Part shown: one piece after another, positions 39,701 to 48,392 of the stretch
Layout of the letters: each line of letters begins with the position of its first letter
Position numbering within the stretch: the stretch's first letter is position 1
Source of the DNA: a virus
Lineage: Duplodnaviria > Caudoviricetes
Strand: one strand, 5' to 3'
IMG/VR virus record: IMGVR_UViG_3300025706_000022
Coordinates: 11,572 to 75,571 of that record
Length of the DNA stretch: 64,000 nt
The notes under the pieces: model-generated
The model's database searches: none
Told to the model about the DNA's origin: nothing
What the model saw: the letters and a program-made list of their open reading frames with translations, nothing else
Translations under genes and position numbers: made by a program

Positions 39701-40063
39701 TTGTGTTAATACTATCTCGCTAGCAATAGCACGAGTAGGTCTCTCAGGCTCAAAGAAATCTCTGAATGACTTATTGAGAGTATCTAAAGAACTTACTTGT
39801 GCTTGATTACCAAACTCAATAAAACTTTTTGCATTATGGCGATACGCTGTTTCTGTAAATCGCCTTATCTCTGCATCTGTTGCAGGGCTGATCGGCATTT
39901 CTTTTGAATAGTTTCCAGGGAGTATTGCGAGCATTCTAGTTTCATGGTCATCAACTAATGCTAATGTTTGTGCGGTAACTCGCTCTGTATAAAGTCGAGT
40001 CATAGCAGCATCATGTATGGTTTTATCACCAGCAACCTCGACCGCTGTCTTTTCTACTTTCAT
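36791..40063 (-). CDS. Exon 1 of MuF (SPP1 gp7-like) minor head protein fused to a T7-family RNA polymerase
   Basis: MuF core YQYAAVLDTRTTPVCRYMDG...PPQHYRCRST and WLKKQP...LG extension; then DHRGRIY, motif A LEQDASSSGAQII, and RKA start of motif B. Confidence 0.9.
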
Positions 40064-40137
40064 ATGGTACTCCTAGAGATTAGTCAAAAGAAACTGGGTG
40101 AGGTAGTACCATAAAGGCCTTATACCCACCCGGTTTA

Positions 40138-41688
40138 TTATTTTGCTGGAGGCTTAGCAGCTAATTTACTAGCTGTATTAAGACCATCCTCATACTTCTG
40201 TGCAGAAGGTACAATATTCTCATCTTCGTTAATTTCGTCTTGAGCCTCATCATCATTATACTCAGGACTAAGCAACTCATTAGCCTTAAGAAGACGAAGC
40301 CATTCACTACGAGGTATAAGACCTTCTTTGTAAATCTCAGTCATCAGTCTAATATAATCTTGACCAATAGCTGTAGGATCAAAATCTGGACTTAATGTAA
40401 ATATAACATCATTATTTGTTAATCCAAGGTCATAACGACGATTAAGCATATACACAATAATACCACTAACTACCTCGCTGAGCTTAGTATTGAGTGTACC
40501 AAGAGTAGCAACTTGAGCAGCGCTACGAATAGTAAGTGCTACACCAGATTCAGCCGTTTCAGGTGCTAAGAATCTAATCCCTAGCTTAGCTAACTCATCC
40601 ATTTTGGATGCAATAGCTGATTCTAAATCTTTAAGGGCTTCCGTAGGTGGTGATAAAGAACCAATCTCATCACCCTTACGTAAACGAATCCAAGTGCCTA
40701 ACCCCTGATTAACGATTTCTGTAAAGTCCTCATCAGGCATATCACTAGCAACCCATGGAGTATATGTAGCAGCGCCATAAAGTAAGTGGTTACGCCTGGA
40801 CATTACATTATAGAGTGCTTGTTCCTTGTCCACAAAAGTTGTGATATAAGGCTCAATAGCATCAATATTGCCATTAGCAGGATAAGCAGGAATCGTTGTC
40901 ATCAGCTCACCATGCATCCTGGGCTGGATAAGGCTAACTTGTTTAAATCCAGAGGATTTACTAGGTTGAGTCTGACCTTCAATAAGAACTGGGTTAGCTT
41001 CACCTTCAAGCTCAAATACACGTATTTGATAAGCATTGTCAATTAATTCATGAACCCAGATAGTATCCACCACATATGGATGGAATGCTAGTGGATCAAG
41101 GTATTTATCCACATAACCTCTTACAATAATCCTACTAAGAACTCGTTTTCCATTTATAGTAGTAGTTTGCCAATTAATAACATTTTCAGCTTGCCAAATT
41201 ACTGCATATGGCTTAACTTGCTTAAAATCGGCTGAATCCATTGCTGCTATCTGTTCTTCAGATAACATTGGGTAATCAACATAAATCCATGCTCTACTAG
41301 TTTGCATTTCTTCATTAAGAAGTTTATCTAAGAATGCTATTAAACTACCACCCTCAACTGTAAAATCAGATTTAATCCATTCCATTGCCTCTTCCGAGAC
41401 TTCTTTCTTATATTCTATTTGTGGAGGCTTCCTGAGAAGACCACCGATAACTACAGAGATAAACTGGCTAGTAATGCCAGGTAGCTCAGCCTCTGCCTTA
41501 AAGAAGGCATACTGCTCTAGGCTCATTGTTGGTGAAAATGGAAGTAAGTAATTCTTAGCATTGGGTAGTATATCAGCATCCTTAACATATTGCTGACTAT
41601 GAGCAAAGGCTCTACACTTTTTCCATGTATCTACCAGAGAGTCATAAGAATCACATGGTTCATTAACTTGAGTTTTAGCCTGTGCCAT
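40138..41688 (-). CDS. Portal protein (DUF4055-like)
   Basis: 516 aa between TerL and MuF; LHYGA-like NHLLYGAATYTP, AESGVALTIRSA. Confidence 0.8.
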   Translation of the reverse strand: MAQAKTQVNEPCDSYDSLVDTWKKCRAFAHSQQYVKDADILPNAKNYLLPFSPTMSLEQYAFFKAEAELPGITSQFISVVIGGLLRKPPQIEYKKEVSEEAMEWIKSDFTVEGGSLIAFLDKLLNEEMQTSRAWIYVDYPMLSEEQIAAMDSADFKQVKPYAVIWQAENVINWQTTTINGKRVLSRIIVRGYVDKYLDPLAFHPYVVDTIWVHELIDNAYQIRVFELEGEANPVLIEGQTQPSKSSGFKQVSLIQPRMHGELMTTIPAYPANGNIDAIEPYITTFVDKEQALYNVMSRRNHLLYGAATYTPWVASDMPDEDFTEIVNQGLGTWIRLRKGDEIGSLSPPTEALKDLESAIASKMDELAKLGIRFLAPETAESGVALTIRSAAQVATLGTLNTKLSEVVSGIIVYMLNRRYDLGLTNNDVIFTLSPDFDPTAIGQDYIRLMTEIYKEGLIPRSEWLRLLKANELLSPEYNDDEAQDEINEDENIVPSAQKYEDGLNTASKLAAKPPAK

Positions 41689-41703
41689 TGCATTACTCCT
41701 AAG

Positions 41704-41982
41704 TTAGCGAACTCCGGAGCGCAGCATCTGGTTAAAGGCATCAATTGTACCATTAAACATAATGCCACCACATCTAGCTTCAATAGTATCTTCCCCAGTG
41801 GATAGAATAACCCAATTAGAGGGGATACGCTCGTTATTAGTCAGTGTTACAGGCGTACTATTGGCTGGTTTAGGAGGTGCAATAGGCAACTCAACAGCCA
41901 CCTCTTCCTTAGTAATGTTTAAAATAGACTCAAGGCTAGCAACATCCTTGGCGGCAATTGTTTGTAATTCTTTTGCAGTCAT
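41704..41982 (-). CDS. Hypothetical protein
   Basis: 92 aa with RBS GGAG; leader duplicated at 45421-45454. Confidence 0.55.
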   Translation of the reverse strand: MTAKELQTIAAKDVASLESILNITKEEVAVELPIAPPKPANSTPVTLTNNERIPSNWVILSTGEDTIEARCGGIMFNGTIDAFNQMLRSGVR

Positions 41983-42009
41983 CGATTTTTACTCCGTAAA
42001 ATTCTGTGT
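41976..42009. repeat. 34-nt leader repeat (second copy at 45421-45454)
   Basis: 32/34 identical; contains TTTTAC-GGA-GTAAAA hairpin over the RBS and the ATG. Confidence 0.85.
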
Positions 42010-42026
42010 GAACATACAATATCCTG

Positions 42027-43421
42027 TTAGAAAGCAAATCCTCTACTAGAAGATCTACGGTGTTGAATTGGCCAATGATAATCAAAGTAATACCTGATAC
42101 CATCAGAGAAGTGCTCTACATCTTGACTCTTGTCAATCATAGCAGTATCACTATTCTTATCTACCCACTGGGTACGAGCTAGTGATTCTATTACTGGTCT
42201 GCATTTAGCAGATACAAATGCATATCTATTACCAGGCTTTTTAGTACGAGGGTTACTAGCAGTCTTAAATCTAGCATTAGTAGCATTAACACTATCTACG
42301 ATAGGTGGATGTGCTGATTTAGCTAGTACACTAAACCCATACGATTCTAATATAGTAAAGTCTGTGGTACCTACTACAGCGCTAGTTTTAGCAGAACGAC
42401 CTGAAGGATCAGGATAGCAGTAGATAGAGCTAGGAGGCCTGTCACTGTTAACAAATCTTCCATAAATAGTGGCAGCCAGTTGTTCTGTATCAGCACTGCC
42501 TTGGATATAATCAAAACAGCCAGTAAACTCACCACGCTTAACCCAGACACTACTACACTGTTTCCGCACGTTAAAGTCGATAGCAATATGCACAGGCTCG
42601 CCATCACCTGGAGTAATAAGGCCTTCTGGTACAACATTATTTTTCCTATCAAAACAGTAAAATACATTATTACCCGAATCTTCAAACCTGGCAAGATATT
42701 CTCTTGCAAATCTGATCGGATCCATATTATTAGAGCTACGCTCTACTTCCTCTACATCTAAATATGGTGATTTGGTGTAGTCGTAATGATAGCTCTTCCA
42801 ACGATCATCTGTTTGGCTATTATTAAATAAGTCAAAGAAAGTATCATAACCCTTAGGTGTGCTAATACACATAAACCTACCAGGATTAACTTCCATCTGC
42901 TTACCAGTATATTCAAAGATCTCTCTAGCAAACTCAGCGGCCCTTTTAGGGGACCACCGAGTGTCTATAGTAGGCATAAGAATAGATTCAATCATATCCT
43001 GCTTAGCTGCTTCTTTCATGTCAAAGGAAGTAAGCTCGTCTACTAGCACGAAGTTATTACCCTTACCGCGTTGACGCTCAACAGCTTCACCTGATACTAA
43101 TCTTAGCTCTACATGATTAGGGAATCTAAAATACCCTTTATCTCTACTGTACTGTACTGCATGTGACTCTAAGCCAAACTGATAGGCCAACAGAGGGTAA
43201 TAAATATCCACTGTCTGGCTATATGTAGGGCATACGATAATGGCATTCTTATTAGGAATCCATTCTGGTAGCATGCTTAGCTCACCTACTATCTGTGAAG
43301 CTGAGGCAGCCCCTTCTACTGACTTGCCCCAACCTCGAGATGCACATACTACAGTATGTCTATGATCTTTCTTAACGAATGTATCATGAAACACTTTTGA
43401 TTGAGTAGGGTGTAATTTCAT
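42027..43421 (-). CDS. terL: Terminase large subunit
   Basis: Walker A ASRGWGKS, Walker B FVLVDE, ISTPKG, nuclease IAIDFN, YPDPSG, HFSDGIRY. Confidence 0.93.
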   Translation of the reverse strand: MKLHPTQSKVFHDTFVKKDHRHTVVCASRGWGKSVEGAASASQIVGELSMLPEWIPNKNAIIVCPTYSQTVDIYYPLLAYQFGLESHAVQYSRDKGYFRFPNHVELRLVSGEAVERQRGKGNNFVLVDELTSFDMKEAAKQDMIESILMPTIDTRWSPKRAAEFAREIFEYTGKQMEVNPGRFMCISTPKGYDTFFDLFNNSQTDDRWKSYHYDYTKSPYLDVEEVERSSNNMDPIRFAREYLARFEDSGNNVFYCFDRKNNVVPEGLITPGDGEPVHIAIDFNVRKQCSSVWVKRGEFTGCFDYIQGSADTEQLAATIYGRFVNSDRPPSSIYCYPDPSGRSAKTSAVVGTTDFTILESYGFSVLAKSAHPPIVDSVNATNARFKTASNPRTKKPGNRYAFVSAKCRPVIESLARTQWVDKNSDTAMIDKSQDVEHFSDGIRYYFDYHWPIQHRRSSSRGFAF

Positions 43422-43435
43422 GATACATCCTTTCT

Positions 43436-45427
43436 TTATGGTAAAGTAACTCCTGTCTTATCTGCAACCCATGTTTCAGTGTCGGTGATTTCCTGTGTGG
43501 CGGCTGTACGTCCTAGGAAAATCATGGAGTATATGTTTCCTGTCACTGGAAGCGATCCGGTACTGCGACTACCAACATTCAAGGCAAAGTTTCCAAATGG
43601 CCCGTCACCTGCTGATGCCTCACCAACTTGACTAGTCGCCTCAACAACACCATTAACGCGAAATATGATCTCAGTCGCATTTGTTGGTTGTGAGTAATCC
43701 AAAGCAACTGTAGCAACCTCTGTTATCGGTGGCGCAGACGTATTAGCAAGCGCAATAGTCTGACCACCAGACCCCGCTAGAGCAGTCTCGTATCCACTAA
43801 CGGAATTTCTACCAGCAAAGTAGAATCCTCCCGTTGTGTCTGGAGGCCCAAACTCTGCATAACATTTATACCCTGAGTCATTCGGCCTAAAAACCCCCAA
43901 GAATAGGGATGCCGCACTCGTTCCAGACAAATCGAAACTCGCCGAACTTACCCTATCATCCACCCCGTCGAACTGTAGCCACTTTGGTAGACCTACAGTA
44001 TTATAAACATCGTTTTCAACACGTTGATATGGTCCAAATTCAGCACCTTTTGCGATTTGAATACCCCACACATAGGCACCAGATGCCCCATCTCCATTAT
44101 ATGTATCAGTCAACCCATCTGGACTTAAATACACGTCAAACCATACACCATTGTCGGCAAGTGAAATTGGCACTGTCATTGTGCATAAGTACCAGCCATT
44201 AGGGAATGCCGTTATAGTTGCATTGGTAGGCGCAGCATAATAATCACCTAACACGGCACCACTACCAATTAGCTCGAAGTATTTGCCAAAATAAGAAGAA
44301 TAGTCCCCATAAGCATACAATATAAAGTAATTACGTCCATTCGGTTTAACCCAAGCTGATACTGTATGCGACCCTTCACCTGTTGGCACAATGGTATTCC
44401 TGGTTACACCAAAGTACGTATTAAGATTAGTGCCCTCGGTCATCAGGTCTGCGGTTGCAGTACCATCGGGGGCTGTTACGGCATTAGGCGTAATAGTTAC
44501 ATGTGTTAATACATCAAAATGTGCAGTGATATTTTCAGAATACGATACTAAGTTAATACGCTCTTTGTAGATCGGGCGCTTGGCGGCGGTGGCTTGGGAG
44601 GCGTGGTTGTTGCGGCCTGACTTGTCCAGAATCAGTCCAACAGGCTGCCCATCCGCAGTGACCGGCGTAGTGCCTGCGCTGTCTTGGAACATGGTGCTCA
44701 GGTCGGACGGGTCGTACCATACACCTTGAGCACCATCCTCAAACAATTCTGAAGGATAGTATACATAAGCAGCAATACTCATACTATTAGATGTTGCATC
44801 AACAGAGCCAGCAGCATTAGTCCCTGTAACATCACATGCAAGGGTATGACCTTTATCAGTATCTAGTATAGTATATGTACTAGATCTTTCTCCAGTTATA
44901 TTTACACCATCTAAAGTCCATTGGTATGTATATGTTGGAGTAGGATTACCTGTCCATGTCCCTTGTGTGCAAGTGATTACTTCACCTGCCTCAGGAGTAC
45001 CAGATATAACAGGAGCTACAGTATTTACTGGCAACTCTGCAGGAATACTAATAGCATTAGACCAAATACGAGTATCACCAATAGCGTTAGTTGCAATTTC
45101 TTTACAACGAATATTTGCAGCAGCATCATTTTCTACTACTACATAGGTAAGGCCAGTAGCACCATCAATATTAGTACCATTGTGTTGCCACTGATGGGCA
45201 ATAGATACTGCTCCTGTCCAAGTACCTGGAGTACAGGTTAATGTAGAGCCAATTGCAGATGCGCCGGTTACAACAGGGCGTGTAACATTAACTGGGGCAC
45301 CAGGAGGCTCATTGTCTAGGCCTATCTTACCATATCCAGCTAATATACCCACATTATCAATTTCTGATTCATCTGAGTATGCACTATCTACGCCTGTAGC
45401 TAGGATATCATTCCTGGTAACAGTCAT
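43436..45427 (-). CDS. Tandem Ig-like domains plus LamG/carbohydrate-binding-like domains (decoration or adhesin)
   Basis: Two PVN..P.(V/I).G....G...TCT.GTWTG repeats; YDPSDLSTMFQDSAGTTPVT; LQFDGVDD. Confidence 0.7.
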   Translation of the reverse strand: MTVTRNDILATGVDSAYSDESEIDNVGILAGYGKIGLDNEPPGAPVNVTRPVVTGASAIGSTLTCTPGTWTGAVSIAHQWQHNGTNIDGATGLTYVVVENDAAANIRCKEIATNAIGDTRIWSNAISIPAELPVNTVAPVISGTPEAGEVITCTQGTWTGNPTPTYTYQWTLDGVNITGERSSTYTILDTDKGHTLACDVTGTNAAGSVDATSNSMSIAAYVYYPSELFEDGAQGVWYDPSDLSTMFQDSAGTTPVTADGQPVGLILDKSGRNNHASQATAAKRPIYKERINLVSYSENITAHFDVLTHVTITPNAVTAPDGTATADLMTEGTNLNTYFGVTRNTIVPTGEGSHTVSAWVKPNGRNYFILYAYGDYSSYFGKYFELIGSGAVLGDYYAAPTNATITAFPNGWYLCTMTVPISLADNGVWFDVYLSPDGLTDTYNGDGASGAYVWGIQIAKGAEFGPYQRVENDVYNTVGLPKWLQFDGVDDRVSSASFDLSGTSAASLFLGVFRPNDSGYKCYAEFGPPDTTGGFYFAGRNSVSGYETALAGSGGQTIALANTSAPPITEVATVALDYSQPTNATEIIFRVNGVVEATSQVGEASAGDGPFGNFALNVGSRSTGSLPVTGNIYSMIFLGRTAATQEITDTETWVADKTGVTLP

Positions 45428-45470
45428 CGCTTTTTACTCCGTAAAATGCTGTGTAGACATGATTATCCCC

Positions 45471-45770
45471 TTATTTACACGTAGAAACGTATACTTTAGC
45501 ACCAGTACCACTAATAGAATCAAGCTTAGCGCGTACTTGTTGCCAAGGAGCAGCTACAGCAAAACCATCAGAAGCATTATCAGTACCTGACAAAGTAATT
45601 GTACCAATACTTAGCCAGCCCACACCATCATTACTTACTTGAATCTCAACTGATGCTGCAACAGCTCCAGCACCAACTACACTAGCCTGTACAGACCAGT
45701 TAATTGTTTCAGAGTTGAATGCATCACCAGTGATAGGGGCAACTGCATCTTTAAGAATGTATTTTTGCAT
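45471..45770 (-). CDS. Small beta-rich protein, probably structural
   Basis: 99 aa, VEIQVSNDGVGW motif. Confidence 0.55.
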   Translation of the reverse strand: MQKYILKDAVAPITGDAFNSETINWSVQASVVGAGAVAASVEIQVSNDGVGWLSIGTITLSGTDNASDGFAVAAPWQQVRAKLDSISGTGAKVYVSTCK

Positions 45771-45799
45771 GATATTTCCTTGAGAGTTGTGAAGGGTTA

Positions 45800-46267
45800 C
45801 TATTTACTACCAATCGTCATTCTATATTTATCTACAGTGCTAGGAGTATTATTAGGAGCATCAAAACTGGGGAATTCTTGTCGTACTTCCCCAAGAGTCT
45901 CATTAATCCTATCTACAAGTTCTTCCTCTTCTCTCATTATTTCAGAGGTATCAAGGGTAATGATAACTGGCACATGACTACTAGCACCATTATTACTACT
46001 TTCTACAGGTACAGTTGCATATGCATAAGGCAGCAATGCCTTTAACACATTAAACTTAATACCCATAAGAGTTGCTATAACCATACGACTAGGCTTAGGT
46101 GACAATTTGATCTCTTGGATCTCCATATCAATTTCACCTATTTGCATTACCAATCTCCCGAGTGGACAAACTCGGAGTTGCTCAAGCCTTAGCTGAGACT
46201 TAGTACTAGGAGGTGTCCCTGGAGTGGCAGACTTACGATACGCTACAGGAGTAACAGTATCACTCAT
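45800..46267 (-). CDS. Probable terminase small subunit
   Basis: Position at the head of the packaging block; CPLGRLV...LLPYAYATVP helical pattern; RBS AAGGAG. Confidence 0.5.
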   Translation of the reverse strand: MSDTVTPVAYRKSATPGTPPSTKSQLRLEQLRVCPLGRLVMQIGEIDMEIQEIKLSPKPSRMVIATLMGIKFNVLKALLPYAYATVPVESSNNGASSHVPVIITLDTSEIMREEEELVDRINETLGEVRQEFPSFDAPNNTPSTVDKYRMTIGSK

Positions 46268-46437
46268 GTTATCTCCTTTCTTAGTAGATCATGAGATTAT
46301 TGGATTTTCGTAGCTTGCCCCTCTAACATATAAATATGCAGAAGGGATCATTTGGCAAAAATAAATAAGAAAATTCCACATACCATATACCATAACACCC
46401 ATATAGGGCATCATAGTATACGGTATGTGGTATTGCC

Positions 46438-47043
46438 CTAAAGCTCTTTCCAGGTTCTTTTACTTCTAGCCTTCATTACTGTAGCCCTCTGAACATTGAG
46501 TTTCTTAGCTAAGGCTGCATTTGATTCAGTAGAAGAGCGTATAGCTAATACATCATTTACTGTTAATTTAAAACCAACTCCTGTGTTACCCCTACCCTTA
46601 TTAATCATATCAGCTACATTATCTGCTTGTGTACCAGCAAATAGATGCTCTATATTACAACACTTAGGGTTATCACATTTATGTAGTATATACAAATCAG
46701 TAGGGCCATTATGCTCCACCCATACTATCCTATGTACTCTTAACGAAGTACCGTTTGTATAACCAGCATAGTTTAACTGACCATAACCATCACCATCAAG
46801 AGCACCCTGGTATTCAATACAACCAGTCTCTTTATTAGTAACACACCTAGACTTAATATAATCAAGCACATGAAGGCCAGTCCTAGTCTTCTTTACTAGA
46901 AACCCACATTCAATTGCCTTATAGAAGTGTCTTAAACAATAACCCCTAGTGTTTACTTTATTAGAACAACAGTTGAGATTACATTGACCATTATCTTTAA
47001 CAATAGTATGCCTCTCAAAGAATTCTTTTGTACATTCAAACAT
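46438..47043 (-). CDS. Free-standing HNH endonuclease
   Basis: GCIEYQG...GYG...RVHRIVW...ILHKCDNPKCCNIEHLFAGTQADNVADM; probable start MFEC. Confidence 0.9.
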   Translation of the reverse strand: MFECTKEFFERHTIVKDNGQCNLNCCSNKVNTRGYCLRHFYKAIECGFLVKKTRTGLHVLDYIKSRCVTNKETGCIEYQGALDGDGYGQLNYAGYTNGTSLRVHRIVWVEHNGPTDLYILHKCDNPKCCNIEHLFAGTQADNVADMINKGRGNTGVGFKLTVNDVLAIRSSTESNAALAKKLNVQRATVMKARSKRTWKEL

Positions 47044-47141
47044 AGTAACTCCTGTTACTCTCCATAAGGAACAAGTAGGCAAGTAAGTGGAGAGCTTACA
47101 ATTCGGGGATCAACCTAGCCTACTTGTAACTAGTTATAGCA

Positions 47142-47588
47142 TTACTCTACAACAGTAACACTATTGTATTGTTTGTCGTTATTAAGCTTACGAAGTACAA
47201 AGTTATGTGGGCTGTAGTTATCGGGCTCTAACTGACGAACTCCATATCCAGGTGGGATTTCGCCGTTAAATTGAATGTAGATCACATCTTTAGTGTACCA
47301 GTAGTAGTCCTTCTCTGTCTTCTTAGATTGCATAGTAATAATCTTATTACCATGTTGATCAGTGTCAAGGCTTTCTACAGACACACGATCCCAACCAAAA
47401 CCATCACGCACCAATACATATGGTGTCAACACATCATTATCATTCTCATCAACAGTATGCTCTTGATAAAAGAACACTTTATTACGCACTTGTACAGGAT
47501 TCAACACAAACATTATATTACTCCTCAAACAAAGCAAATCTAGGGTTATCAACAATCTCAATAGATTGAGAGTTACTACTAGTGACAT
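47142..47588 (-). CDS. Hypothetical protein, possibly a degenerate HNH-like protein
   Basis: C-terminal FNGEIPPGY...DNYSPHNF resembles an HNH core without the His residues. Confidence 0.4.
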   Translation of the reverse strand: MSLVVTLNLLRLLITLDLLCLRSNIMFVLNPVQVRNKVFFYQEHTVDENDNDVLTPYVLVRDGFGWDRVSVESLDTDQHGNKIITMQSKKTEKDYYWYTKDVIYIQFNGEIPPGYGVRQLEPDNYSPHNFVLRKLNNDKQYNSVTVVE

Positions 47589-47982
47589 CTTCTATAGTAC
47601 CAGTATGATATCCAGCTGGTACTCTACATATGTACTCCCACACATCATGTGGTGTGTTATCATATGGTACTGCAGGTCTAAGCCACTTATGGTCTAAGAA
47701 TCTAAGCCTATGGTTGAGAGTTACACGCCAATCACTGTTAACACTACTCTGTATACGCTGTCTATGTCGTTCAATATAGTACACACTATGTACCTTATCG
47801 AAGCGTATTCCAGTCAGACCAGTGAATTCTTTTTCACTGAGCACATTATGACCCTCTTTATGGCGTATATACAGATTGTCAATTACTAAGCCACGTAGTG
47901 GATTTATCATTTCTACCATACACGATCTATCTAACTTACCGTGTACAGACGTCCACAGATCACGCATATCCTTATTGCTCAT
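47518..47982 (-). CDS. Hypothetical protein
   Basis: 154-aa ORF after the AT-rich gap. Confidence 0.5.
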   Translation of the reverse strand: MSNKDMRDLWTSVHGKLDRSCMVEMINPLRGLVIDNLYIRHKEGHNVLSEKEFTGLTGIRFDKVHSVYYIERHRQRIQSSVNSDWRVTLNHRLRFLDHKWLRPAVPYDNTPHDVWEYICRVPAGYHTGTIEDVTSSNSQSIEIVDNPRFALFEE

Positions 47983-47989
47983 ATAATCT

Positions 47990-48330
47990 CCTTATAATGC
48001 TAAGTGTACATCTTATAGTCGCTAAGTGCACACTATATATCGAACACATTACACTTATAATGCTAAGTGCATATTACTAGTCTCTAACAAAGGCCGCGCC
48101 ATATACTATATATGGTACTCCTCTAGTACTACTAATACATTTAATTATTTCTTTATTATACAACAACATAATTATTTATTCTTTATAATATATTTAACTA
48201 ATCTATCCAGTATTTTTAATTCTATCTTCTTTTAATCTTAATATAATTATGTTAATAGATTGTGTAGACTAAATCGTTATAATAATCTTATATTACATTA
48301 TAATACTCTTATATACTAATATAACCCCTC
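47990..48330. other. AT-rich non-coding tract with GCTAAGTG repeats (candidate replication origin)
   Basis: CTTATAATGCTAAGTG twice (about 47992 and 48054), GCTAAGTG at about 48021, then about 200 nt of almost pure A/T. Confidence 0.5.
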
Positions 48331-48344
48331 CTTACCTCCCCTTC

Positions 48345-48365
48345 CGTGACCTTTTATGCTCCACG
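48345..48365 (-). promoter_or_regulatory. Candidate regulatory motif, class B (second copy at 50662-50682)
   Basis: CGTGGAGCATAAAAGG(T/A)CACG, 20/21 identical, both intergenic and same orientation. Confidence 0.55.
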
Positions 48366-48392
48366 CCCCCGGCTTTTTTCGAAGGCAATACA

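Noticed and set aside
33482-40063. Reading the RNAP fragments as a pseudogene or as separate N4-like subunits
   Set aside because: Both breaks have complete group I intron signatures, and precise removal restores motifs B and C in frame.
41986-42001. N4-type ssDNA hairpin promoter (C-GGA-G loop)
   Set aside because: The loop is on the coding rather than the template strand and coincides with the RBS, so translational control is the simpler reading.
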